Position numbers and translations under genes: made by a program. Under the pieces are notes generated by a model. It searched no databases, had not been told where the DNA came from, and worked only from the letters and a program-made list of their open reading frames with translations. Positions 28,733 through 37,640 of a stretch of DNA of 64,000 nt are shown piece by piece. The stretch spans positions 4,762-68,761 of the forward strand of contig JAFXCN010000001.1 of assembly GCA_017521465.1 (NCBI GenBank), written 5' to 3'. Origin of the DNA: Clostridia bacterium. GTDB lineage: Bacteria; Bacillota; Clostridia; TANB77; UBA1234. Numbering within the stretch: the first letter of the stretch is position 1; each line of letters starts with the position of its first letter.

Positions 28733-28800
28733 CCTCCCAAATATTTTTGTAACGTAAGTTACATTAATTTGATTATATCATCTTTTTATGTGAATTTCAA
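28733..28800 (-). promoter_or_regulatory. consensus promoter TTGAAA -17- TATAAT with palindromic operator TGTAAC-TTAC-GTTACA and RBS for the 77-aa gene
   Basis: -35 at 28795-28800, -10 at 28772-28777, inverted repeat at 28748-28763 between the -10 and the RBS. Confidence 0.6.
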
Positions 28801-28858
28801 TAATTTGGGAATTTTTTATGCCATTTTGTGTAAAAATTTACATAAAAAGAAGAAGCAC

Positions 28859-29662
28859 TCAGGCTTCTTCTTTAGCTTTTTCTTGAAACGTTATCAACCA
28901 TGAATATAGTTTTTGGAGTGTTTCAGGTCCTTCTTCTTCAAAGTATTCGTCGAGACTTTTTGCAAAATCAGAAAAAGATTCAGGTGTTCCCATTACTTCA
29001 TTGCAAATGTTGATAATCCTTCCAAAATCAAATGTGACAACTTTATACCAAAAAATATTGGCAATACTGCCACAGTTACCTGAAAATGAATATTCGTCAA
29101 TGTACGAGCAGTTTTCAAGTTTTTTTCCAAAAATGCTCGTGAACATATCGACAATCTTAAGCTGATGTTTTTGACGTTCAAACAGCTTATTCATTACTTT
29201 TTTTACGCCGTCATTGCCATAGATTCTTTTGATGATGTACATTGCCAGCTTGTCAGCAACAGCTTCTTCAAAAGCTCTTCCATATTCTTGACCAGAACTC
29301 GAGAGTCTAGTTACTGCCGTATAAGCCGTGCTACCATCATTTGCTCTGTTTGTAAGTTTCAAAATGTCGTTTAGGTTAATCATCATAAGATGAGCAAATT
29401 CGTGCGCAATAACGAATGTGATAAATTCAACAGGATCATCTTCGCAAACAAAAATTTTTACATAACTTTCTCGATTTTCACCGTCAGTAGTTCCTGTAAG
29501 TCCTGCTGTTTGAATACCAATCGGTTCAATGGTAATCATTACATTTTCAAGTTTTGCAGAAAAAATAATACTATTTTTCAGTGCCTTCAGAAATTCATCT
29601 GCAACAGTTTTTACGAGGCCCTCCGCAAACCTCAAGTCGCTTGTGAACGTTTTGATTTGCAT
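28859..29662 (-). CDS. HExxH zinc metallopeptidase-like protein (ImmA/IrrE-like or SprT-like)
   Basis: 267 aa; FVIAHEFAHLMM motif; no TM segments. Confidence 0.5.
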   Translation of the reverse strand: MQIKTFTSDLRFAEGLVKTVADEFLKALKNSIIFSAKLENVMITIEPIGIQTAGLTGTTDGENRESYVKIFVCEDDPVEFITFVIAHEFAHLMMINLNDILKLTNRANDGSTAYTAVTRLSSSGQEYGRAFEEAVADKLAMYIIKRIYGNDGVKKVMNKLFERQKHQLKIVDMFTSIFGKKLENCSYIDEYSFSGNCGSIANIFWYKVVTFDFGRIINICNEVMGTPESFSDFAKSLDEYFEEEGPETLQKLYSWLITFQEKAKEEA

Positions 29663-29789
29663 GTATTTCCTCCTATATTTTGTGTTAGGCTTTAGAATTC
29701 CATATTCTATCGGACGTAATTATATCACTTTTTTTATTTTATGTCAACTCGATTCCGTCAAATCAAAGGTTACCCTTATGACACTATTC

Positions 29790-30020
29790 GTTTATCAGGT
29801 CCAACCAGTCGCATTCAAAACTTAATGTAACGCAGTTCGTTTATTCGATACAAACGGTCGCATTCAAAAATATATGTGTAACGCAGTTTCTTTTCGCAGA
29901 CGGCCGCTTTCGTTTTTGCCCAGGTCGTCCGTCTCACATCTACGATGTGAAGCCGTGGCTTCGCCTTTTCGCCCTGGGCAGAAAACTATTCACTCTTCAC
30001 TATTAGTTATTCACTATGCT
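29790..30020. repeat. largest composite intergenic repeat region (CAGTCGCATTCAAAA x2, GTAACGCAGTTCG x2, TTCGATACAAACGGTCGCAT, GCAGACGGCCGC, GC-rich hairpin copy B at 29918-29979, TATTCACT cluster)
   Basis: Direct comparison with 15953-16015, 17203-17262, 31030-31101, 43007-43125 and 52023-52105. Confidence 0.75.
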
Positions 30021-30044
30021 ATAATAGCATCATGGAGGTTTTTT

Positions 30045-30803
30045 ATGAGATTTAAGAGAGTTTATATTGAGATTACTAATGTGTGTAATTTGAGTTGTAG
30101 TTTTTGCCTGCCTCATCATAGAGAGAGTCGTTTTATGAGTTTTGAGGAGTTTGATTTTATTTTGGGACAAGTTAAGCCTTTTACGAATTATATTTATCTT
30201 CATGTTAAGGGTGAACCTTTGCTTCATCCTGATGTTGATAGATTTATTGAGCATGCTTATAATCTTGGTTTTTATATTAATCTTACTACTAATGCGACGC
30301 TGCTTCACGAGCATCTTAGTGTTACGAAGTTTTTAAGGCAAGTTAATGTTTCTCTTCATGCTACTAATGATTTAGAGATTATTAAAACTGTGAAGAAAAT
30401 TTCTGATTGTATTGTTTGTTTTAGGATTTGGAATATTGATGAAAATCCTGATTTAAAGCATTTATTAGAGTCTGAATTTAATAAAGAGATTGATAATTCG
30501 GAAAATTTTACTTTAGCTGAAAATGTTTTTCTTTCTCAGAAGAATAAATTTAAATGGCCTTCTCTTGATGACGAGATAGCTTCGGATAAAAAGTATTGTT
30601 ACGGTCTTATTAATCAGCTTGCTATTTTAGCTGATGGTACGGTTACACCATGTTGTTTAGATAATGATGGTGATATTTGTTTAGGCAACATTTTTAAAGA
30701 AGATTTAGATAAAATTATTAATAGTGAAAGAGCTATTAATATTGTGAACGGATTTAAAAACTCTGTTGCTGTTGAAGAGTTATGTAAGAAGTGTACTTTT
30801 TAA
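30045..30803 (+). CDS. radical SAM protein with C-terminal SPASM/twitch-like Cys cluster
   Basis: CNLSCSFC (CxxxCxxC) near the N-terminus; C-terminal CCLDNDGDICLGN...CKKC; start ATG 30045 after GGAGG, 6-nt spacer. Confidence 0.75.
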   Translation: MRFKRVYIEITNVCNLSCSFCLPHHRESRFMSFEEFDFILGQVKPFTNYIYLHVKGEPLLHPDVDRFIEHAYNLGFYINLTTNATLLHEHLSVTKFLRQVNVSLHATNDLEIIKTVKKISDCIVCFRIWNIDENPDLKHLLESEFNKEIDNSENFTLAENVFLSQKNKFKWPSLDDEIASDKKYCYGLINQLAILADGTVTPCCLDNDGDICLGNIFKEDLDKIINSERAINIVNGFKNSVAVEELCKKCTF

Positions 30804-30812
30804 CAGCGCAGT

Positions 30813-30832
30813 ACTATTCACTATTCACTTTT
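30813..30832. repeat. TATTCACT cluster immediately after the radical SAM gene
   Basis: GTACTATTCACTATTCACTTTT. Confidence 0.6.
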
Positions 30833-30924
30833 AACTAGTTTTGAATAATACAATTCGTTTTTTTATGAACTGTATTACAACTGTAAAAATTATTTGTTTG
30901 AACGATTTGCGGAGTGACACTTAT

Positions 30925-31101
30925 AGTTTCTTAGAAAATTAATGTTACAACAACTAGGAAAAATTTTTTGTGCGTAGCCGACGGAAAATTTTTTCGTAGA
31001 TGTTGTCATTAATAATTTCTTAGAAACTGTTGTGAACGCAGTTTTAGTGAAAACAAATCATTTTTACAGTTGTTATTTTGATTCGATACAAACAGTCGCA
31101 T
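30925..31101. repeat. structured intergenic repeats (TTTCTTAGAAA x2, TTAATGTTACAACAAC / GATGTTGTCATTAA inverted repeat, TGTGAACGCAG, TTCGATACAAACAGTCGCAT)
   Basis: Inverted and direct repeats read directly; the 20-mer shared with 29847-29866 (1 mismatch) and 43106-43125 (identical). Confidence 0.65.
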
Positions 31102-31143
31102 ATAAAAAGGAGGTGAAACAAAATCAATTTTGTTTCACCTCCT
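31102..31143 (-). terminator. terminator of rluB (16-bp stem AGGAGGTGAAACAAAA)
   Basis: Perfect stem-loop plus T-run on the minus strand. Confidence 0.75.
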
Positions 31144-31159
31144 GTTTTACATGTCTCTA

Positions 31160-31894
31160 TTAATTGTTCTCTAGTATTTCCTTTACTTCTTCTTCAGTCA
31201 AATGTCTGTAACTTCCTTTTTCTAGTCCTTCACATGTTAAGTTTCCTACGCCTTCACGCTTTAATGCTATAACTGATAATCCAACCGCTTCACACATTTT
31301 TCTTACTTGACGATTTCTTCCTTCATGTATTTGTATCCATATTCTTGATATGTCATTCTTTTTGTCTTTTAGTAATATTTCTACTTTTGCAGGTGATGTT
31401 GTGTATCCATCAATTACAACACCTGTTTTCAATTTTTCTATATCTTTTTCTGTAGGGATTCCACGCGTTTTAGCTATATATGTTTTTGTTGTTTCATGTT
31501 TTGGATGTGTTACTTTATATATAAATTCACCATCATTTGACAATAAAAGCAAACCTGATGTATACATATCTAATCTTCCAACTGGAACTACTTTTTCTTT
31601 TACATCTTTTAATAATTCCATTACAGTTGAACGGCCTTTTTCATCATTTACTGTTGTTACATACCCAACTGGTTTGTTAAGTAAAATATATACTTTGTTT
31701 TCTTTTCCAATTACTTTATCAAAAACTTCTACAATATCTTTTTCAACATTTATTTTAGTTCCTAAGGCTGTTTCTACAACACCATTTACTTTTACATTTC
31801 CGTTTTGAATATATTCTTCACATTTTCTTCTTGATGCTACGCCACATTCTGCCATATATTTTTGCAATCTAATTTCTTCCATATTTTCCTCCAA
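31160..31894 (-). CDS. rluB: 23S rRNA pseudouridine synthase RluB/RsuA family
   Basis: 244 aa; S4 domain followed by catalytic GRLD motif. Confidence 0.8.
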   Translation of the reverse strand: MEENMEEIRLQKYMAECGVASRRKCEEYIQNGNVKVNGVVETALGTKINVEKDIVEVFDKVIGKENKVYILLNKPVGYVTTVNDEKGRSTVMELLKDVKEKVVPVGRLDMYTSGLLLLSNDGEFIYKVTHPKHETTKTYIAKTRGIPTEKDIEKLKTGVVIDGYTTSPAKVEILLKDKKNDISRIWIQIHEGRNRQVRKMCEAVGLSVIALKREGVGNLTCEGLEKGSYRHLTEEEVKEILENN

Positions 31895-32048
31895 AATTTT
31901 TGTATTATATTCAACATCTTTTCACATAATATTCATTGAATTCATAGTATATTGTAGATATTCATCTTCCGCAAATACTTATAGTATTTGCGGTTAATAT
32001 AGATTGTAGGTTTGGGAAAGTGTATATTTTCTCAAACCTACTCGATTT

Positions 32049-33458
32049 TTACATTTCATAAAGTTTAATATATTCTTTAGCCGAATGTGCCCATGAATAA
32101 TCCTGCGTCATAGCTCTTTCTACTAAACTTGTCCATGTATCTTTATCACTATATGTTTGAATTGCTTTATTTGTAACTTCAATTAAATCTTCTGTTCTAG
32201 TTCCCCAGAAAGTAAATCCATTTCCTTCTTCTTTATTTCCAAGATATCCAACAACAGTATCGTTAAGTCCTCCCGTTCTTCTAGCAACTGGTATTGTTCC
32301 ATATCTAAAGCTTATCAACTGTGACAAGCCACATGGTTCAAACATTGATGGCATCATAAAAATATCACTGCCTGCATAAATCTTTTTAGCAAGTACTGGA
32401 TCAAAAATATCTTTTACAATTATTTTATCTTCATATCTTTCTTTTAACATTTTAAATCTATTTATATAATGTTGCTCGCCAACGCCAAGAACTATAAATT
32501 GTACATCTTGTTTTAATATTTCATTCATGCTTTCTACCAAAATGTCAACACCTTTATGTTGTACAATTCTTGATATTATTGAAAGGATTGGAACATCTTT
32601 AACTGGTAATCCTAATTCTTCTTGTAATTTCTGTTTATTTATTTTTTTCTTATTTAACGTCGTAACATCAAAATTTGTATATATCTCATCATCAATAGCT
32701 GGATTAAATTCTTGATAATCTATTCCATTAACTATTCCGAACAATTTCTTATCTTCACTTTTATATCTTAATATTCCTTCGTAGCCAAAACCATATTTTT
32801 CTGTTTGAATTTCTTGAGCATATGTTTTGCTAACTGTCGTTATTATATCTGAATATAATAGTCCAGCTTTCGTAAAACTAAAGTCACCAAAAAATTCTAA
32901 TTTTTCTGGTGTAAAGTATGACCAATCCAGGTCAAAGTGATATAAATTTCCACTATTAAATCTTCCGTTATATTCCAAATTGTGAATTGTATATATTATT
33001 TTCACATGCTTATTATTGTATCTATCTCTCGTTAATAATGCAATTGGTCCTGTTTGCCAATCATTTAAGTGTAAAACGTCTGGTTTTAATATTCTATTTG
33101 AAAATTCAGCAACTGCTTTATCAAAGAATGCAAATCGTTCTGCTTCATCTGGATGACAATACATTCCATCTCTGTCAAAATAATAAGCATTATCTACAAA
33201 ATATGTCGTTAGTTTTTTTCCATTACCAATTTCTTGTTCATGTTTTCTGATAATACAAGTTTCTGTTCTTCCATTCATATTAATTGGAAAATCTAATACA
33301 TATGTTAAATCTTGAGTTATCATTTTATATCTTGGCATTATTATTGATGTATCATGGCCAAGCTTAATTAATTCTTTTGGAAGTGATCCCGCAACATCTG
33401 CAAGTCCTCCCGATTTTGCATATGGAACTACTTCTGAAGCGACATATAGTATTTTCAT
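32049..33458 (-). CDS. glgA: glycogen synthase
   Basis: 469 aa; N-terminal KSGGLADV ADP-glucose binding signature. Confidence 0.9.
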   Translation of the reverse strand: MKILYVASEVVPYAKSGGLADVAGSLPKELIKLGHDTSIIMPRYKMITQDLTYVLDFPINMNGRTETCIIRKHEQEIGNGKKLTTYFVDNAYYFDRDGMYCHPDEAERFAFFDKAVAEFSNRILKPDVLHLNDWQTGPIALLTRDRYNNKHVKIIYTIHNLEYNGRFNSGNLYHFDLDWSYFTPEKLEFFGDFSFTKAGLLYSDIITTVSKTYAQEIQTEKYGFGYEGILRYKSEDKKLFGIVNGIDYQEFNPAIDDEIYTNFDVTTLNKKKINKQKLQEELGLPVKDVPILSIISRIVQHKGVDILVESMNEILKQDVQFIVLGVGEQHYINRFKMLKERYEDKIIVKDIFDPVLAKKIYAGSDIFMMPSMFEPCGLSQLISFRYGTIPVARRTGGLNDTVVGYLGNKEEGNGFTFWGTRTEDLIEVTNKAIQTYSDKDTWTSLVERAMTQDYSWAHSAKEYIKLYEM

Positions 33459-33472
33459 ATTTTTCTCCTTTG

Positions 33473-34378
33473 TTAATCTTCTAAACTTTTTATAATAGTA
33501 TTGAAATATTCTGGTAGTGGTGCTTCAAATTCTACTTGTTCTTTTTTGGTTGGATGCATTAAACTAATTCTTTGTGCATGCAACATCTGACTTGTTATAC
33601 CAAATTCATTCTTTCCACTTGAATACACATCATCGCCAACAATAGGATATCCGATGTGTGACATGTGAACTCTTATTTGATGAGTTCTTCCTGTTTTCAA
33701 ATCTATTTCTAAAAGTGTATAACCTTTTGTATATCTTTTTAAAACTTTAAATTTTGTTATTGCTTCTTTACCATTTTTCACAACAGCCATCTTTTTTCTA
33801 TCTGTCGGATGTCTGCCGATTGGCATATTTATTTCGCCATTATTTTCTGCAATAATTCCTCTAACTAATGCAATATATGTTTTTTTAGTTTCTCTATTTT
33901 GTATTTGTTCTGCAATTTTTTGATGTGCATAATTATTTTTTGCAATTACTAAAATTCCTGTTGTGTTTTTATCTAGTCTATGTACAATTCCCGGTCTTAT
34001 ATCTCCATTTAAATCCGACAATTCATGTCTACCTAAAATAGCATTTACAACCGTTCCAGATTTATTCCCAACTGCTGGATGCACAACCATATCTTTCGGT
34101 TTGTTTATAACTATAATATCTTCATCTTCATATATTATGTCTAAATCAATATCTTCCGGTTTTATTTCTGTTGTTTCTTCTATCTGAGTTGGTATTAATA
34201 GTTCTTGCCCTAATTGTACTTTTTGTGATGTTTTTACTACTTTGCCATCTAATAATATTTTCCCATCTTTTATTAACGTTTGAGCTAACGAACGTGAAAT
34301 TTTTTCTTCCAACTCTGAAACTACTACATCTATTCTTTTTCCTTCATTTTGTTCATCAATTATATATTTATTTTCCAT
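33473..34378 (-). CDS. rluD: RluA-family pseudouridine synthase RluD
   Basis: 301 aa; S4 domain and HRLDKNTTG catalytic motif. Confidence 0.85.
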   Translation of the reverse strand: MENKYIIDEQNEGKRIDVVVSELEEKISRSLAQTLIKDGKILLDGKVVKTSQKVQLGQELLIPTQIEETTEIKPEDIDLDIIYEDEDIIVINKPKDMVVHPAVGNKSGTVVNAILGRHELSDLNGDIRPGIVHRLDKNTTGILVIAKNNYAHQKIAEQIQNRETKKTYIALVRGIIAENNGEINMPIGRHPTDRKKMAVVKNGKEAITKFKVLKRYTKGYTLLEIDLKTGRTHQIRVHMSHIGYPIVGDDVYSSGKNEFGITSQMLHAQRISLMHPTKKEQVEFEAPLPEYFNTIIKSLED

Positions 34379-34796
34379 CTTTCATTATTTCCTTTAACTG
34401 CGATAATATTATAAAACATGCACCAATTACTACTAACATATCAGCAACATTAAATGTGGCGATAAAAGGTGTATCTATAAAATCTACAACATAACCTCTA
34501 AATATTCTATCGATTATATTTCCAACGCCTCCTGCTATTACCATATAAAAACCTATACTTGGAGTTTTACCATCTTTTATTAATCTCGCAAGATATATTA
34601 TTAATACAACACATATTATTGCAGATAGTGCTGCCATTATATAGTTGCTACCTTGCATTAACCCAAATACTGCTCCTCTGTTTTCAACATAATCAAAACT
34701 TAATAACCCTTCTATGACAACAATGCGTTCTAATAATCTAGTCGCAAAAATTTTGGTTATTTGATCTATTAATATAAGCAAAACTATTAACGTCAT
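34368..34796 (-). CDS. lspA: lipoprotein signal peptidase II
   Basis: 142 aa; four TM segments; NRGAVFGL and IIDRIFRG motifs. Confidence 0.85.
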   Translation of the reverse strand: MTLIVLLILIDQITKIFATRLLERIVVIEGLLSFDYVENRGAVFGLMQGSNYIMAALSAIICVVLIIYLARLIKDGKTPSIGFYMVIAGGVGNIIDRIFRGYVVDFIDTPFIATFNVADMLVVIGACFIILSQLKEIMKDGK

Positions 34797-35581
34797 TATA
34801 TTTCCCTATCCTTTGAATCATTTTCCAAATGTATTGTTTGAGTTTTCTTCTTAGTTTTTCCACGTCTTTCTCTAATTTTTTCTTTTTCTGCTTCAGATAG
34901 CCCTGCATCATTTTCGATAATTTGTTCGCTTAACTTTTCAAGCTCAGTTTCTATAAATGTTTCTGCTTTTTCTTGAACTTGCTTTTGAATTGGATTGTCA
35001 ATTCCTATATCTTCAACAAGCATTAAGGCGTTTTCTTCTTTTGGAATTTTTATATCTACCAAATTATAATTTTGATCTATATATCCTAATATGTCTTCTA
35101 TATTTTCTACACTTAAATTTACAGCACTTTGCACAACTCTGTTGTCATTTACTTTAGAAAGCATATATTTTCTTTGTAAATAACTTTTAATTTCTGCACT
35201 ACCAGTAATTACTCCTGTTAATACTTTCCATGGAGAATGTTTCTCAATACTTGCTTCGTACTGCTCAATTATAACAAGTGTAGCCGTTATATTTCTTTTT
35301 AATATTGGAAGATATTCATCTCTTTTTACTTTTAAATATTTTATTTGTAATAAATGAATTCTTTTTAAAATTCTTAGTTGCTCTTCTGCAGATATTTCTT
35401 CATCATCTAATTTAGAAAGTAAAGTTTTCATTTGATTTGAAATATCAGCTAATGGTTCTTTAGTTTTAGTTATCCAAGAATATTCATCTACATAATATTT
35501 TAACTCTTGTTTCTTTTCTCCGTACTCTTCATACGTTTTTATTTTTTCTAATCCTTTGTACATTAAATCACTCTCCATCAA
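34796..35581 (-). CDS. hypothetical coiled-coil protein
   Basis: 261 aa; ORF with start overlap to lspA; no recognised family. Confidence 0.45.
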   Translation of the reverse strand: MMESDLMYKGLEKIKTYEEYGEKKQELKYYVDEYSWITKTKEPLADISNQMKTLLSKLDDEEISAEEQLRILKRIHLLQIKYLKVKRDEYLPILKRNITATLVIIEQYEASIEKHSPWKVLTGVITGSAEIKSYLQRKYMLSKVNDNRVVQSAVNLSVENIEDILGYIDQNYNLVDIKIPKEENALMLVEDIGIDNPIQKQVQEKAETFIETELEKLSEQIIENDAGLSEAEKEKIRERRGKTKKKTQTIHLENDSKDREI

Positions 35582-35626
35582 TCATTTACGACCAATTTCA
35601 TACACAATTATTATATATATATATTG

Positions 35627-35655
35627 TTGCAAATTCAAGCATTAATATGTATAAT
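35627..35655 (+). promoter_or_regulatory. promoter TTGCAA -17- TATAAT for the FAD-dependent oxidoreductase
   Basis: Consensus elements with a 17-nt spacer 22 nt upstream of the ATG. Confidence 0.55.
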
Positions 35656-35676
35656 ATCCCCGTGAGGAGTGATTGT

Positions 35677-37122
35677 ATGGAAAATACTAAATATGATTTA
35701 ATTATTATAGGAGCTGGACCTAGTGGAATTTTTATGGCTTATGAATTAATAAAGCTAAATTCTAAGAAAAAAATATTAATGATTGAACAAGGAAAAAAGG
35801 TCGAAGATAGATTCTGCCCTATCGAAAAAACCGGCAAATGCATAAAATGCAAACCTTTATGTCATATAACAAACGGTTTTTCTGGTGCTGGCGCATTCTC
35901 AGATGGAAAACTTAGTCTATATAATGAAGAAGATACTGAAATTCATGTTGGTGGAAATTTACATGAATACCTTGGAATAGAAAACACAAAAAAATTAATT
36001 GATTACACAGATAGTATCTATTTAGAATTTGGTGCTGATCCAAAAATTGAAGGTCTTGAATATAAAGAAGAAATAAAGAAAATAAAAGATAAAGCTAAAG
36101 AAGTAGATTTAACTTTATATGATGTCCCTGTTAGACATTTAGGAACTGAAAAAGCACACGAATTATACGGAAGACTAGAACAATTTCTTATTGATAATGG
36201 TGTCGAGATAATGTTTAACACTGTTGTAGAAGATTTAATTGTTCAAAATAATGTTATTAAAGGTGTTAGAACAAAACCAGCCAAATATGTTGAAGATGCT
36301 GAATATACTGACTTAGTGGATATTTATGCTGAGACCGTTGTTATTGGTGTTGGAAGAAAAGGTGCTAAATGGTTATCTGATATGTGTGCAAGACACAATA
36401 TAAACAGCCGAGCTGGTATTGTTGATATCGGTGTTAGATATGAATTGCCAGATAAATTTATGGCAGATGTAAATAAATACATGTACGAAGCAAAATTTAT
36501 TGGCCGTGTTGGACCATATAAAGATAAAGTTAGAACTTTCTGTCAAAATCCTAGTGGTTTTGTTTCAACAGAAGTTTATGATAAGAACATCACACTTGCT
36601 AATGGTCATTCATACAAAGACAGAAAAAGCACTAATACAAACTTAGCACTTCTTTGCTCTCATAGATTTAACTATCCATTTAATGAACCAATAAAATACG
36701 GTAGAAATGTTGCTGAAAACTCTAATCAATTAGGCAACGGAAATATTTTAGTTCAAAGACTAGGCGATATTTTTAATGGAAAAAGAACTTGGGAAAAAGA
36801 ATTACAAACTAATAGTGTAGTACCTACTCAAAAGTCAGCTGTTGCCGGAGATATTACATATGCTCTTGGTTATAGAACAATGACAAATATATTAGAATTT
36901 ATAAAAGCATTAGATAAAGTTATTCCAGGGTTTGCTCATCCAGATAATTTATTGTATTCACCAGAAATAAAATTCTATAGTAACCAAGTTATTATTGATA
37001 ACAATTTTGAAACAAGCATAAAGAATCTTTATTCTATCGGTGACGGTGGCGGATTGACTCGTGGACTTATGATGGCTTCTTGTTCTGGTGTACATTTAGC
37101 TAGAATATATAATGAAAAATAA
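35677..37122 (+). CDS. FAD-dependent oxidoreductase (COG2509-type)
   Basis: N-terminal GAGPSG Rossmann dinucleotide motif; start at ATG 35677 after GAGGAG. Confidence 0.7.
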   Translation: MENTKYDLIIIGAGPSGIFMAYELIKLNSKKKILMIEQGKKVEDRFCPIEKTGKCIKCKPLCHITNGFSGAGAFSDGKLSLYNEEDTEIHVGGNLHEYLGIENTKKLIDYTDSIYLEFGADPKIEGLEYKEEIKKIKDKAKEVDLTLYDVPVRHLGTEKAHELYGRLEQFLIDNGVEIMFNTVVEDLIVQNNVIKGVRTKPAKYVEDAEYTDLVDIYAETVVIGVGRKGAKWLSDMCARHNINSRAGIVDIGVRYELPDKFMADVNKYMYEAKFIGRVGPYKDKVRTFCQNPSGFVSTEVYDKNITLANGHSYKDRKSTNTNLALLCSHRFNYPFNEPIKYGRNVAENSNQLGNGNILVQRLGDIFNGKRTWEKELQTNSVVPTQKSAVAGDITYALGYRTMTNILEFIKALDKVIPGFAHPDNLLYSPEIKFYSNQVIIDNNFETSIKNLYSIGDGGGLTRGLMMASCSGVHLARIYNEK

Positions 37123-37179
37123 AAAATCTCATATTTAAAAAAGTTGCTATTTAAAATAGCAACTTTTAATTTTTATAAT

Positions 37180-37626
37180 CTATTTTTTTACAAATCCAAA
37201 CAATCTCTTATACCATGGCGCTTTTCTTTCAGCTAAAGCATTTGCCATGCCAGCTTGTTCTAACGAATTTTTTTGTCTTTGTTTTGCTTCTTCAAATAAA
37301 AGATCCGTATTTACATTTCCGAATAATTCTTGTGATGTATTTTGTACTTCTGCCTTCAACTCATTATCAATATGATCCAATTCTTCTTCTGTACACCAGT
37401 AATAACAATATATCATAGCCAATATATCTTTTGCTTTTTGTGATATATGTTGCGTTTGTAAACTTATTGCCGGATTAATGTCTGGAACATATTCTGGATC
37501 AGCAATTTCTTTTAAAAAAATTCTTAATCCAACTGGTATTTTATTAACATCTACATCAGAAGTGTAACGTAAAATTTTATTTACTTCCGTTGCCGCAATT
37601 GAATATTCTTTTATATTAATTGTCAT
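37180..37626 (-). CDS. hypothetical protein
   Basis: 148 aa ORF, no family recognised. Confidence 0.4.
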   Translation of the reverse strand: MTINIKEYSIAATEVNKILRYTSDVDVNKIPVGLRIFLKEIADPEYVPDINPAISLQTQHISQKAKDILAMIYCYYWCTEEELDHIDNELKAEVQNTSQELFGNVNTDLLFEEAKQRQKNSLEQAGMANALAERKAPWYKRLFGFVKK

Positions 37627-37640
37627 ATCTATTCTCCTTT

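Noticed and set aside
28445-28757. Plus-strand ORFs of 68 and 91 aa inside the 60 % GC islet
   Set aside because: They are the usual stop-codon-poor antisense frames of GC-rich DNA. The products are Arg/Pro/Ser/Gly-rich, there is no RBS, and they overlap the well-supported minus-strand gene.
30865-30942. 25-codon Cys-containing ORF (MNCITTVKIICLNDLRSDTYSFLEN) downstream of the radical SAM gene as a RiPP precursor
   Set aside because: It has no Shine-Dalgarno sequence. It lies inside repeat-family DNA (the TACAATTCGTTTTTT box), and similar sequence recurs at non-coding loci.
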